Assembly: GCA_965116875.1 (NCBI GenBank)
Contig: OZ220733.1
Coordinates: forward strand, 448,001 to 512,000
Origin: Candidatus Latescibacterota bacterium
GTDB lineage: Bacteria; Latescibacterota; UBA2968; GCA-2709665
Reading direction: 5' to 3'
Length of the DNA: 64,000 nucleotides
Position 1 is the first letter of the stretch, and every line of letters begins with the position of its first letter. The notes below the pieces were generated by a model, which worked only from the letters and a program-made list of their open reading frames with translations, made no database searches and was not told the origin of the DNA. The position numbers were made by a program, and so were the translations under genes. Below, piece by piece: positions 55,521 through 64,000 of this stretch.

Positions 55521-55601
55521 ATCCGAACGCAAACACCATCCGTCGCGCCGCAGCGCAACGGGACTACCTTCCAGTTTCTCCGCATTTTCAGGGAGCGTCA
55601 A

Positions 55602-55847
55602 ATGGATCGCGAATCAGTCAAGGCAGGCGTATACCAGGTGATTTCGAGGGTTCTTGGAATCGACACAGCCGAGGTCGCGGAGGATCAGAGCTTCACGGCG
55701 GATCTGGGCGCCGAATCCGTTCAATCCGTAGAACTCATGGCCGGATTCGAAGAGGAATTCGAAATAGAGATGGACGAAGATGAAGCCCTGGCCGTACAGA
55801 CCGTGGGTGGCGCCATCGACTTCATCGCACAGTATGTGAACGATTGA
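55602..55847 (+). CDS. Acyl carrier protein with variant attachment motif
   Basis: Acidic 81-aa protein; DLGAESVQSVEL..FEEEF.IE....A....TVG. Confidence 0.9.
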   Translation: MDRESVKAGVYQVISRVLGIDTAEVAEDQSFTADLGAESVQSVELMAGFEEEFEIEMDEDEALAVQTVGGAIDFIAQYVND

Positions 55848-55888
55848 TTCCGCACCACAGGCCCCCGATATTCCCAGGAGCGTACCCC

Positions 55889-57280
55889 ATGAAGACAGGA
55901 GACCTGATCGAAGTTGACGAGCCGAATCTCCTTGACGAGCAGTTTGACTACAATCTGCCGCCCAGGATTCTGTTTGACGGTCCGCTATATGAAGAAATCG
56001 GAGACCAACTCGTCAGATTCGACCCCGAAGAAGCCCTCGCCCGTGACCTCGTTATCACCGACACGACCTTTCGGGATGGTCAGCAGGCCCGCCCGCCGTA
56101 CACGGTCGAGCAGCAGGTCAGACTCTACGACATGATGGCCAGGCTCGGCGGACCCAACGGCGTGATCCGGCAGACCGAGTTCTTTCTCTACACGAAAAAC
56201 GACCGGCGCACCCTCGAGGAATGCCGCGCGCTGGGGCACCGTTTTCCGGAAATCACCTCCTGGATCCGGGCGGACAAGGGCGACTTCCGCCTGGTTAAGG
56301 AAGCCGGTGTGCGGGAAACCGGAATGCTCACGCCCAGTTCCGACTACCACATCTTCTACAAACTGAAGAAAGACCGACGGAAGGCATTCAACGACTACCT
56401 GGAGGTTGTGGAAGCCGCCTGGGAGTCCGGCATACGGCCTCGGTGTCACCTCGAAGACGTCACCCGGGCGGACATCGACGGATACGTCCTGCCATTCGTC
56501 CAGGAACTGATGCGCCGTTCCGAGCAGGTTGCTCCCGAACTGCGCGCAAAAATCCGGCTCTGCGACACCATGGGATTCGGGATCAGCTATCCGGGCGCGA
56601 GCCTCCCGCGGTCGATTCCCAAGCTCGTCTACCGGATGACCAACGACGGCGGAGTCCCGCACGATTGCCTGGAATGGCACGGGCACAACGACTTCCACAA
56701 GGTTCACGTCAACGGGGCTACCGCATGGCTCTACGGCTGCAATGCGCTCAACACCACGCTGTTCGGTTTCGGCGAACGCACCGGCAATCCGCCGCTGGAG
56801 GGCGCCATCCTCGAATACATCGGCCTTCGCGGGAGCCTTTTCGGCATAGACACCATGATGATCCAGGAGATGGCCGAGTACATGCGCTCCATCGGCGTGG
56901 ACATCGCGCCGAACTACCCGTTTGTGGGCAGGGACTTCAACACCACGCGGGCCGGGATCCACGCGGGCGGGCTGCGTTCCGATGAACGCATCTACAATAT
57001 TTTCGATACCACCGCACTGTTCGGACGTCCTCCGAGGGTGGCCATAACCGACAAGACCGGTGTCGACGGGGTGGCCCTCTGGGTCAATGAGTTCCTGGGT
57101 CTCAAGGGCAGCGACCGGCTCAGCAAGATCAAAGTGCACAAGGTCGCCCGCTGGGTGATGGACCAGTACGAAGTGCATGGACGGATGAGCGCGATTACGG
57201 ACGAGGAACTGGAAGAACAGGTCAAGATGAACCTCCCGGACCGGTACGCAACCTGTCAGGCCGGCCGCAAAGCCGGCTGA
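55889..57280 (+). CDS. DRE-TIM metallolyase, Re-citrate-synthase-like
   Basis: DTTFRDGQQARPPYT, RCHLEDVTRAD, HGHNDF and GERTGN motifs; no LeuA regulatory domain. Confidence 0.85.
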   Translation: MKTGDLIEVDEPNLLDEQFDYNLPPRILFDGPLYEEIGDQLVRFDPEEALARDLVITDTTFRDGQQARPPYTVEQQVRLYDMMARLGGPNGVIRQTEFFLYTKNDRRTLEECRALGHRFPEITSWIRADKGDFRLVKEAGVRETGMLTPSSDYHIFYKLKKDRRKAFNDYLEVVEAAWESGIRPRCHLEDVTRADIDGYVLPFVQELMRRSEQVAPELRAKIRLCDTMGFGISYPGASLPRSIPKLVYRMTNDGGVPHDCLEWHGHNDFHKVHVNGATAWLYGCNALNTTLFGFGERTGNPPLEGAILEYIGLRGSLFGIDTMMIQEMAEYMRSIGVDIAPNYPFVGRDFNTTRAGIHAGGLRSDERIYNIFDTTALFGRPPRVAITDKTGVDGVALWVNEFLGLKGSDRLSKIKVHKVARWVMDQYEVHGRMSAITDEELEEQVKMNLPDRYATCQAGRKAG

Positions 57281-57324
57281 TCCGCTCATTTCGCCTTGCA
57301 ATTCCGAACTCCTGGCGGATACTC

Positions 57325-58344
57325 GTGACGACCCGCACCGTCTCACACACCGCACTCAACGCCTTTTGCGTTGAGCTCCTCCAGGCGGCGGGTGTGCCTG
57401 AAACCGACGCCCGAATCACGGCCCGCATCCAGGTTGAAGCGGATCTCCGCGGCGTGCATTCTCACGGTGCCCGCGCCATTGCGGGCTATATCCGACAAAT
57501 CCTGCAAGGCGATATCAACCCCGACGCCCATCCAGGTATCCTGAGCGAGGGGGCCGCGTACGTTCACACGGACGCGGATAACGCCCTCGGACAGGTGTCC
57601 GCGTACAGGGCGATGCAATGCGCGATCCGGAAAGCCGAGGGATCGGGCATCGGCATGGCCGCAGTGCGGAATACCAATCATTACGGCGCCGCGGCCTACT
57701 ACGCCAACATGGCGGCCGAGGCCGGTATGGTGGGATTCAACACCACCGGTGGACGCCAGAACCGGGGCAACATGGCGCCGTACGGCAGCATCGAACCCGC
57801 AATCGGGAACGCGCCATTCGCCTACGGGATCCCCGCCGGGCGGGAACGCCCCATCATCCTGGATATGGCCACGGGTGTGGTTGCCGCCGGCAAAATCGGA
57901 ATTGCCCGGGACCGCGGACAGAAGATCCCCCTGGGGTGGGCGCTGGACGCGGCGGGAAATCCCACGGACGACCCGGCTGAAGCACGGATCGTCGTACCTC
58001 TCGGCCCCAAGGGATCGGGACTCGCCATTGTAATGCATTGTATCGGGGGCATCCTGGCGGGCGCTGCGTTTCCGGACGTGGAGAAGTTCGGCTATCTGTT
58101 CATCGCGATCGACGTCTCGACATTTGCCGATCCCAAACCCTTTGCGGCAGAAGTCGACGCCCGTATTCAGACCATCCGCGAGGCCACGCCGGCGCCCGGT
58201 GTCGACCGCGTTTACTACCCCGGTGAGCCCGAGTGGATCACCCGCGAACACCATCTCGAAAATGGTATCCCCATGCTTCTTCCGCATGTGACCGATCTCG
58301 AGTCCGTCGCCCGCCAACTCGGCGTATCGACGCGCCTGGGATGA
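57325..58344 (+). CDS. Ldh_2 (malate/L-lactate/sulfolactate dehydrogenase-like) oxidoreductase
   Basis: ADLRGVHSHG, NHYG, DMAT, KGSGLA and YPGE motifs. Confidence 0.92.
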   Translation: MTTRTVSHTALNAFCVELLQAAGVPETDARITARIQVEADLRGVHSHGARAIAGYIRQILQGDINPDAHPGILSEGAAYVHTDADNALGQVSAYRAMQCAIRKAEGSGIGMAAVRNTNHYGAAAYYANMAAEAGMVGFNTTGGRQNRGNMAPYGSIEPAIGNAPFAYGIPAGRERPIILDMATGVVAAGKIGIARDRGQKIPLGWALDAAGNPTDDPAEARIVVPLGPKGSGLAIVMHCIGGILAGAAFPDVEKFGYLFIAIDVSTFADPKPFAAEVDARIQTIREATPAPGVDRVYYPGEPEWITREHHLENGIPMLLPHVTDLESVARQLGVSTRLG

Positions 58345-58444
58345 CGCTCGCATCCGGAACCTGCCGCTGAAAATGGGTTCGGGTTGATCGCTGATTCCGT
58401 CCGGCTGCACCGCACAAAATGCCTGCCCGATCTGCAAACAACCG

Positions 58445-59176
58445 ATGGACATCCTTGCAATCACAGCCACCGCATTCGAGCAGGAGACGCTCAGAAGCAG
58501 TATTTCGCACTCCACCACGCGCACCTTCGCTCACAGGGTGCGCACCGAGGGCAAACTGGGGTCGCGTCGCGTCACCCTGATCGAGACGGGTATCGGCGCC
58601 GTCAATACCGCGCAGGCGCTCACCGCGGCTCTGGAGTCCTGCCGGCCGGATTTCGTACTGCAGGTCGGCGTCGGCGGCGCTTACGCCGGTTCTCAACTCA
58701 ACGTGGGTGACCTCGCCGTGGCCACCGAGGAAAACGACGGGGAACTGGGGATCCTTGCGCCCGGCGGCTGGCTTTCGGCCGACTGCATCGGCATTCCCGT
58801 TCCGAGCGGGAACCGGAACCACTACAATACCTTTCCACTCGACGCGGTCCTGGCCCGGCGCGCGGAAATGCTGATCCGCAACGTACGTCCGGAGGCGGTT
58901 CCGGCCGTGCGCTCCGGTCCTTTCGTTACTGTACAGCAATGCAGCGGCCTCGCTGCCAGAGGCAACGAACTCGCAGCGCGGTTCCAGGCGATCTGCGAGA
59001 ATATGGAGGGCGCGGCCGCCGCGCGCGTCTGCGCGCTGTACGACGTTCCTTTCATCGAACTGCGAAGCATCAGCAACCTCGTGGAAGACCGGAACACGGA
59101 CGCCTGGAAGCTCCCACTGGCCTCAGAGAATGCGCAAAGGGCCGCGCGTGTCCTGATGGAAAACCTGACGCCCTGA
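58445..59176 (+). CDS. mqnB: Futalosine hydrolase
   Basis: PNP/MTAN fold (G.G.VN.A, ENMEGAA, RSISN.VEDR...W); adjacent to mqnD. Confidence 0.9.
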   Translation: MDILAITATAFEQETLRSSISHSTTRTFAHRVRTEGKLGSRRVTLIETGIGAVNTAQALTAALESCRPDFVLQVGVGGAYAGSQLNVGDLAVATEENDGELGILAPGGWLSADCIGIPVPSGNRNHYNTFPLDAVLARRAEMLIRNVRPEAVPAVRSGPFVTVQQCSGLAARGNELAARFQAICENMEGAAAARVCALYDVPFIELRSISNLVEDRNTDAWKLPLASENAQRAARVLMENLTP

Positions 59177-59208
59177 GAAGCTGTCTCGAAATCTCCAGCG
59201 GTCTTCGC
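59176..59208. repeat. Family A left-end fragment at the mqnB stop codon
   Basis: AGAAGCTGTCTCGAAATCTCCAGCGGTCTTCGC. Confidence 0.7.
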
Positions 59209-59224
59209 GTATCTCGAGGCTCCG

Positions 59225-60058
59225 ATGGCCATCGTTTCGCTCGGCTATTCTCCCAGCCCGAACGACAATTACATTTTCTACGGACTCGCCCATGGCAAGA
59301 TCTCCGGCGCACCCGTGTTTGAGACGATCCTCGATGACATAGAAGCGCTCAACCGTCTGGCCATCGACGGCCGATTGGACGTCACCAAAGTTTCCTTTCA
59401 CGCACTGGGCCACCTTCGGGACCGGTACTGCCTCCTCCATTCGGGCGGCGCCCTGGGCCGCGGCTGCGGTCCTCTCGTTGTGGCCGTGAGACCCATGAAG
59501 CCGTCGGAACTGACCTGTGAAAAAATCGCGATTCCCGGAAGGCTCACTACCGCCACCCTGCTTCTGCGGCTGTTCCAGCCCTCCCTCGACAATCTCGTCG
59601 TTCTGCCTTACCACCGCATTATGGATGCCGTACGGACGGGCGAAGTCGGCGCCGGGCTGATCATTCACGAAAGCCGTTTCACCTATCCCGATTTCGGGCT
59701 GCACGAAGTCATCGACCTGGGCGATTGGTGGGAACGCAGCACCGGCCACCCCATTCCGCTTGGAGGCATCCTTGCCCGCCGCAACCTGGGCGCCGACCGG
59801 ATCCGCGCCATCGATAAAGCTGTGCGGGAAAGCGTGGAATATGCCCACGCACACGCGGGACGGGTCCGGGAGGACATCCTCCGGAATGCACCGGAAATGG
59901 ATGCGTCGGTCGTGCAACGGTTCATCGACCTGTACGTCAACACCTATACTCTGGACTACGGTCCGGACGGGGAGGCCGCAATTGCCGATATCGTCACGCG
60001 GGCCGAAACGGCTCGCATCATTCCGACATCCGAAAAGTCTCTCTTTGTCGACGGGTAA
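59225..60058 (+). CDS. mqnD: 1,4-dihydroxy-6-naphthoate synthase
   Basis: SP.PND, GALGRG.GP, IHESRFTY, DLG.WW, PIPLG and LYVN motifs. Confidence 0.95.
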   Translation: MAIVSLGYSPSPNDNYIFYGLAHGKISGAPVFETILDDIEALNRLAIDGRLDVTKVSFHALGHLRDRYCLLHSGGALGRGCGPLVVAVRPMKPSELTCEKIAIPGRLTTATLLLRLFQPSLDNLVVLPYHRIMDAVRTGEVGAGLIIHESRFTYPDFGLHEVIDLGDWWERSTGHPIPLGGILARRNLGADRIRAIDKAVRESVEYAHAHAGRVREDILRNAPEMDASVVQRFIDLYVNTYTLDYGPDGEAAIADIVTRAETARIIPTSEKSLFVDG

Positions 60059-60076
60059 GTGAAAGGAGTCGCTTCA

Positions 60077-60982
60077 ATGTCCAGACCCAGGATCGGATTC
60101 ATCGGACTCGGGATTATGGGAAAACCGATGTCCAAACACCTGCTCGCAGCCGGTTACGACGTTGTTGTACACAATCGAAGCCGGGAACCCGTGGCCGAAC
60201 TGGTTGACGCCGGAGCCAGCGAAGCCCACTCCCCCAGGGAGGTAGCCGAACATAGTTCGGTCATCATCACGATGTTGCCCGACTCTCCGGACGTGGAGGC
60301 GGTCGCTCTCGGACCCGGCGGCCTCATTGAAGGCGTGAGCCGGGGCGACGTCTACATCGACATGAGTACGATCGCACCCACAGTCTCCCAGGACGTGGGC
60401 CGGGCGATGGCCGAAAAAGGCGCTCGCTGCCTGGATGCGCCGGTGAGCGGAGGCGACGTCGGCGCGCAGAATGCCACCCTTTCCATCATGGTGGGCGGCG
60501 ACGAGGAGGCGTTCAACTCAGTCAAGCCCATTTTTGCGGCGATGGGTCAGAATATCGTACTGTGCGGGCCGCTCGGCGCCGGTCAGACCGTGAAGGCCTG
60601 CAACCAGGTCCTGGTTGCCGTCACCATTGCCGGGGTGTCCGAAGCATTGACCCTCGGCGCCAGGGCGGGCGTAGACCCGGCCAACATCGTGCGGGTCCTG
60701 AGCGGGGGTCTTGCGCGGTGCGGAGTACTTGAAAACCGGGGAGAGCGTATGGTCAACGGCGACTTCGACCCCGGCTTCCGCATCCGGCTTCACTACAAAG
60801 ACCTCAATATCATCATGAAAACCGGCAGCGACTTCAATGTGCCGCTGCCGGTTACGAGCATTGTACACGAACTGTTCAACCTGGCGATGGCCAGGGACCG
60901 GGGCGAACTGGATCACTCCGGTCTGTTGACCGTCGTCGAAGACCTGGCCGGCGTACAGGCGCGTACGGCCGACGCGGGCTGA
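60077..60982 (+). CDS. 2-hydroxy-3-oxopropionate reductase / beta-hydroxyacid dehydrogenase
   Basis: GFIGLGIMGKPM, DAPVSGG, K..NQ and PGF...LH.KDL motifs. Confidence 0.92.
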   Translation: MSRPRIGFIGLGIMGKPMSKHLLAAGYDVVVHNRSREPVAELVDAGASEAHSPREVAEHSSVIITMLPDSPDVEAVALGPGGLIEGVSRGDVYIDMSTIAPTVSQDVGRAMAEKGARCLDAPVSGGDVGAQNATLSIMVGGDEEAFNSVKPIFAAMGQNIVLCGPLGAGQTVKACNQVLVAVTIAGVSEALTLGARAGVDPANIVRVLSGGLARCGVLENRGERMVNGDFDPGFRIRLHYKDLNIIMKTGSDFNVPLPVTSIVHELFNLAMARDRGELDHSGLLTVVEDLAGVQARTADAG

Positions 60983-60989
60983 CGCGCCC

Positions 60990-61559
60990 TCACGCCGTCC
61001 AGCGCATCACGTCCTCCAGCGGCTTTCGCCTGGGCTTCGGGATCTCGCGCGGATACCCCGTGTAGAAGAAACCGATGATATATTCACGGTCCCGATCCAT
61101 GCCGAGCAACTCGTAGGTTTCCTTCCGCATGGTAATGGGACCGGTGCTCCACTGCATTCCCACGCCCAACTCCCATGCCGCGAGCTGCACGTTCTGCATC
61201 GCGCAGCAGACCGCCGCATAGTCCTCCCGCCGCTGCTGTTCGTCTCCTTCCTGGACGCAGGATACGGCGACGATTGAGGGTTTGGACATAAACTTGTCGT
61301 AACCCGCCTGCCACAGCTTCCTGCGGCTCTCACTATCTGCATGTTCCGGCGCCTTGCCTTCCTGGATGTCCGCGTATCGCCGCCCAAGCGCTTCTTTCGT
61401 GCGCTCCCCCAGAACGACAAAACGCCACGGCTCCGTGACATGGTGATTCGGCGCCCACAGGCCGAACTCGAAAATGCGTTTCAGCATTTCGCCGGAGACG
61501 GGCCTCGAATTGAATTTAAAGATCGTGCGCCGCGCCTTCAACACATCCAGTACATCCAT
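60990..61559 (-). CDS. Nitroreductase family protein
   Basis: RRTI, APNH..TEPWRF and QN..LAA...G motifs. Confidence 0.92.
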   Translation of the reverse strand: MDVLDVLKARRTIFKFNSRPVSGEMLKRIFEFGLWAPNHHVTEPWRFVVLGERTKEALGRRYADIQEGKAPEHADSESRRKLWQAGYDKFMSKPSIVAVSCVQEGDEQQRREDYAAVCCAMQNVQLAAWELGVGMQWSTGPITMRKETYELLGMDRDREYIIGFFYTGYPREIPKPRRKPLEDVMRWTA

Positions 61560-61639
61560 CCATCCGACCCTCCAGAAAATGGCAGAACACGCCGGCGCCG
61601 CGGTTGGCGTTCATCCGGGAACCGCCGGCGGACGCACAG

Positions 61640-62893
61640 TCAGACACGTTGCCCCAACAACGCCTCCGTGACCTTTCGCACCGCCCGAACGGCGGCGTTC
61701 GCCTCGCCCTCCGTATTGTGCTGGGTCAACCGGACCGCTCCCACGCGTTCTCCGCAGGTCCTGGCGTTGGGGCACCCATCGAGCGGATACGCATTTTTTT
61801 CGAGCCGGCCGGGCCTGTAGCTGTTGAACGCCGCGGGGTCCCTGTGCAACCTCCGGAAGACCTTCCATTCGATGACGTACTGCTGAGGTTTGGCGAACGC
61901 CGGAATGCCCTCCGCCGCGACCATCCGGCAGAACTCCGCCGCATTCACCCCGAGTACCTCCGGATCTACCGAAAACAGGGCCCACCAGTAACTGGGTTTC
62001 GCACCCTGCGGCTGTGGATGCGGCTTGACGCCCGGCAACCCCGCAATCCCCCGATCGAACGTATCGCCGAACGCCTGGCGACTGGCGATCCACCCCGGTA
62101 CCCGTTTGAGTTGCACGGACGCCAATGCGGCGTTGACGTCGCTCAACCGCACGTTCAACGCCGGGAATGCGGGCGTTGCCGGCGCGCCGGGGAACCTCGG
62201 ATAGCATTTGTCGGAAAACAAATCCGCTGTTTCCGCCAATTTGCGGCTTCGGGTCAAAGCAAACCCTCCTTCGCCTGACTTCATGTGCTTGCTTTCGTTT
62301 GTACTCCATGCGCCGAGTTGTCCGAACGTGCCGAGATATCTGCCCTTGATGGACGCGAGATGCGCCTGCGCGCAATCTTCGACGACCATCAGTCGATGTC
62401 TGCGGGCCACCCTCATGACCGCGGGCATATCCACCGCGTACCCACCGTTATGAATTGGCATAATCGCCCGGGTGAACGGTGTGATTGCTGATTCCATCGC
62501 GGCCACGTCCATCAAAAGACCGTCCCGTTGCACGTCCGCAAAAACGGGTATCGCGTTCAGCTGAAAAATTCCCATAATGCTGCCATAGTCGGTCAGGGGG
62601 CTCAATATGACCTCGTCTCCAGCGCCGATACCGGCAGCAGCCAGCGCTACGTGAATGGCCGCGCTCCCTGAACTCGTCGGCACGGCATACGGCAACCCGT
62701 ACAGCTTCTGCAACCCCTCGCGATAGGCCATGACGGCCTTACCGCGCGCCAGGGGCAGCGCCGGGCCGGAAAGCAACTTCTCCAACGCAGCCAGTTCCTC
62801 CCTGAAGTGGAACGCTCCCGAACGCCACGGCTTGCGATGTACCGGCCGGCCGCCGTGAATCGCCAGATCGGACTTTCTCGTGCCTGTTGCCAA
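61640..62893 (-). CDS. DegT/DnrJ/EryC1/StrS PLP-dependent aminotransferase
   Basis: AAGGAGG RBS followed by TTG; SSGSAA, EDCAQA and S...SKH..SGEGG motifs. Confidence 0.92.
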   Translation of the reverse strand: MATGTRKSDLAIHGGRPVHRKPWRSGAFHFREELAALEKLLSGPALPLARGKAVMAYREGLQKLYGLPYAVPTSSGSAAIHVALAAAGIGAGDEVILSPLTDYGSIMGIFQLNAIPVFADVQRDGLLMDVAAMESAITPFTRAIMPIHNGGYAVDMPAVMRVARRHRLMVVEDCAQAHLASIKGRYLGTFGQLGAWSTNESKHMKSGEGGFALTRSRKLAETADLFSDKCYPRFPGAPATPAFPALNVRLSDVNAALASVQLKRVPGWIASRQAFGDTFDRGIAGLPGVKPHPQPQGAKPSYWWALFSVDPEVLGVNAAEFCRMVAAEGIPAFAKPQQYVIEWKVFRRLHRDPAAFNSYRPGRLEKNAYPLDGCPNARTCGERVGAVRLTQHNTEGEANAAVRAVRKVTEALLGQRV

Positions 62894-62953
62894 ACCACCC
62901 TCCTTGCATATTGAACCGGCAAACCTGCAGAGCCTTACGCTCCGTCGTCTAAA

Positions 62954-64000
62954 CCTTAAATAAGCGAGTATTGTTGTTTGTTGAGCCGAAGGGCGCATTT
63001 TGGTGCGTTTGGGTTGATGAGAGCAATGGTGCCTGGCAAATGGTGATGGCGTGAGGTCGTACAGAGGTCTGTCGAGGTGAGTTTGCTGTGTAAAGCGACC
63101 GGTTGTGTGTGATTTGGGCGTAAGGGTCCGTTGCGTGATGATGGACGCGAACGCTGTGGTGATCTGCGGTCATCCTTCGAGTTGGTGTCAGGTGAAGCCG
63201 GTGCGTTCGATGGTGGCCCAGGCGCTTAGGAGTCTGCTCAGGGACGGCTGATAGCCGATGATGCGCACGGTGGTGCTTCGCGCGTTTCTCACCACACGAC
63301 AGGGAAACAGGATGATGTGGTTGAGGAAGGTGCGAAAGTCCATCCGGATATAGTGCCGGCGGTGTTTGATGCGATGCATCATCATGGCAAACCACGACTT
63401 GATGTTCCAGGCCAGTGCGGCGATGACCATGTAAGCCCAGTTACTGATCAGGTCATACATGGGCACGCGCAGGGCGTTGACACCGTTTTTGAGTTGTTCG
63501 ATGACGTTTTCCTGGTCGCAACGTTTGTTGGCCGCAAAGACGACTTCGGCAGGTGTGAGGTCGTGGCGCGTGGTGATGTAGAAGAAATACCGGATATTGT
63601 CGAAGAGGGTCTGCTCGCCTTTCGTCTTGGAGATGTTTTTTCTCACGGCCACGACGCGGTAGGTCCGTTCGCACTTGCCGGGCTGATAGTCAAACTGTGC
63701 CACGTCTTCGAACTTGAGCGCCAGGGTGAGGTAGCCCCGCGCCTTGACGATGCGCTGCTTCTCATTGTCCCGTCGGTGCCTTTTCTGTGGCGCGACAGGC
63801 CGGTGCAGGCGATGCCAGGCCGCTTCGTCAAGCGCCTCGGCCCGTGTTCGCAAGGCCTCGTTGGCGTCCATGCCGAAGATGAAATCGACGTTTTTGGCCC
63901 AGCGATCGAAGTGACCGGTGAGCGAAAAATCCGTGTCGCCGCGCAGGCATACGCGCCCTGCGTGGGGCTTCACCAAGGAGATGGCCGCATCGATCCAGGA
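62954..64000 (-). mobile_element. IS1380-family insertion sequence (partial; the other end is outside the window)
   Basis: Putative terminus CCTTAAATAAGCGA at 62954, downstream of the transposase. Confidence 0.75.
63188..64000 (-). CDS. IS1380-family DDE transposase (5' truncated by the window edge)
   Basis: LRGDTDF, YFFYIT, RCDQENVIEQLK and NWAYM.IA.LAWN motifs. Confidence 0.9.
   Translation of the reverse strand, partial: SWIDAAISLVKPHAGRVCLRGDTDFSLTGHFDRWAKNVDFIFGMDANEALRTRAEALDEAAWHRLHRPVAPQKRHRRDNEKQRIVKARGYLTLALKFEDVAQFDYQPGKCERTYRVVAVRKNISKTKGEQTLFDNIRYFFYITTRHDLTPAEVVFAANKRCDQENVIEQLKNGVNALRVPMYDLISNWAYMVIAALAWNIKSWFAMMMHRIKHRRHYIRMDFRTFLNHIILFPCRVVRNARSTTVRIIGYQPSLSRLLSAWATIERTGFT

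Noticed and set aside
55985-58524. 456-aa and 393-aa minus-strand ORFs
   Set aside because: Shadows of well-supported plus-strand enzymes.
4818-59208. Dispersed repeats as a CRISPR array or integron attC sites
   Set aside because: No regular repeat-spacer periodicity, no cas or intI gene, and the repeats flank housekeeping genes.

Overview
GC-rich bacterial chromosomal segment with about 52 CDSs. I saw no rRNA, tRNA, CRISPR array or prophage. The gene content (EF-hand/dockerin-like C-terminus on a secreted S8 protease, a PorV-like barrel, several PhyH dioxygenases and Gfo/Idh/MocA oxidoreductases, a heparinase II/III protein, the futalosine pathway) suggests an FCB-group organism such as Latescibacterota/Gemmatimonadota; this is an inference. 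Housekeeping blocks: era; yicC-gmk-rpoZ-coaBC-udg-dnaB; prs/truC; nagB; mqnB-mqnD. Most interesting loci: (1) a 1,598-aa fusion of an M28-peptidase-like domain with substituted Zn ligands to a MacB/FtsX-type permease, followed by an OPT-like transporter, with no ATPase nearby (8034-14969); (2) an envelope operon of coiled-coil lipoprotein, active L,D-transpeptidase, apparently dead LDT paralog and PorV-like barrel; (3) a non-canonical ACP in front of a Re-citrate-synthase-like enzyme; (4) kptA next to a DacZ-type diadenylate cyclase; (5) three families of MITE-like intergenic repeats whose ends coincide with stop codons, some carrying a nested CCTGCC..GGCAGG micro-hairpin. The window ends inside an IS1380-family element. 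All calls come from reading motifs by eye; no searches were run.
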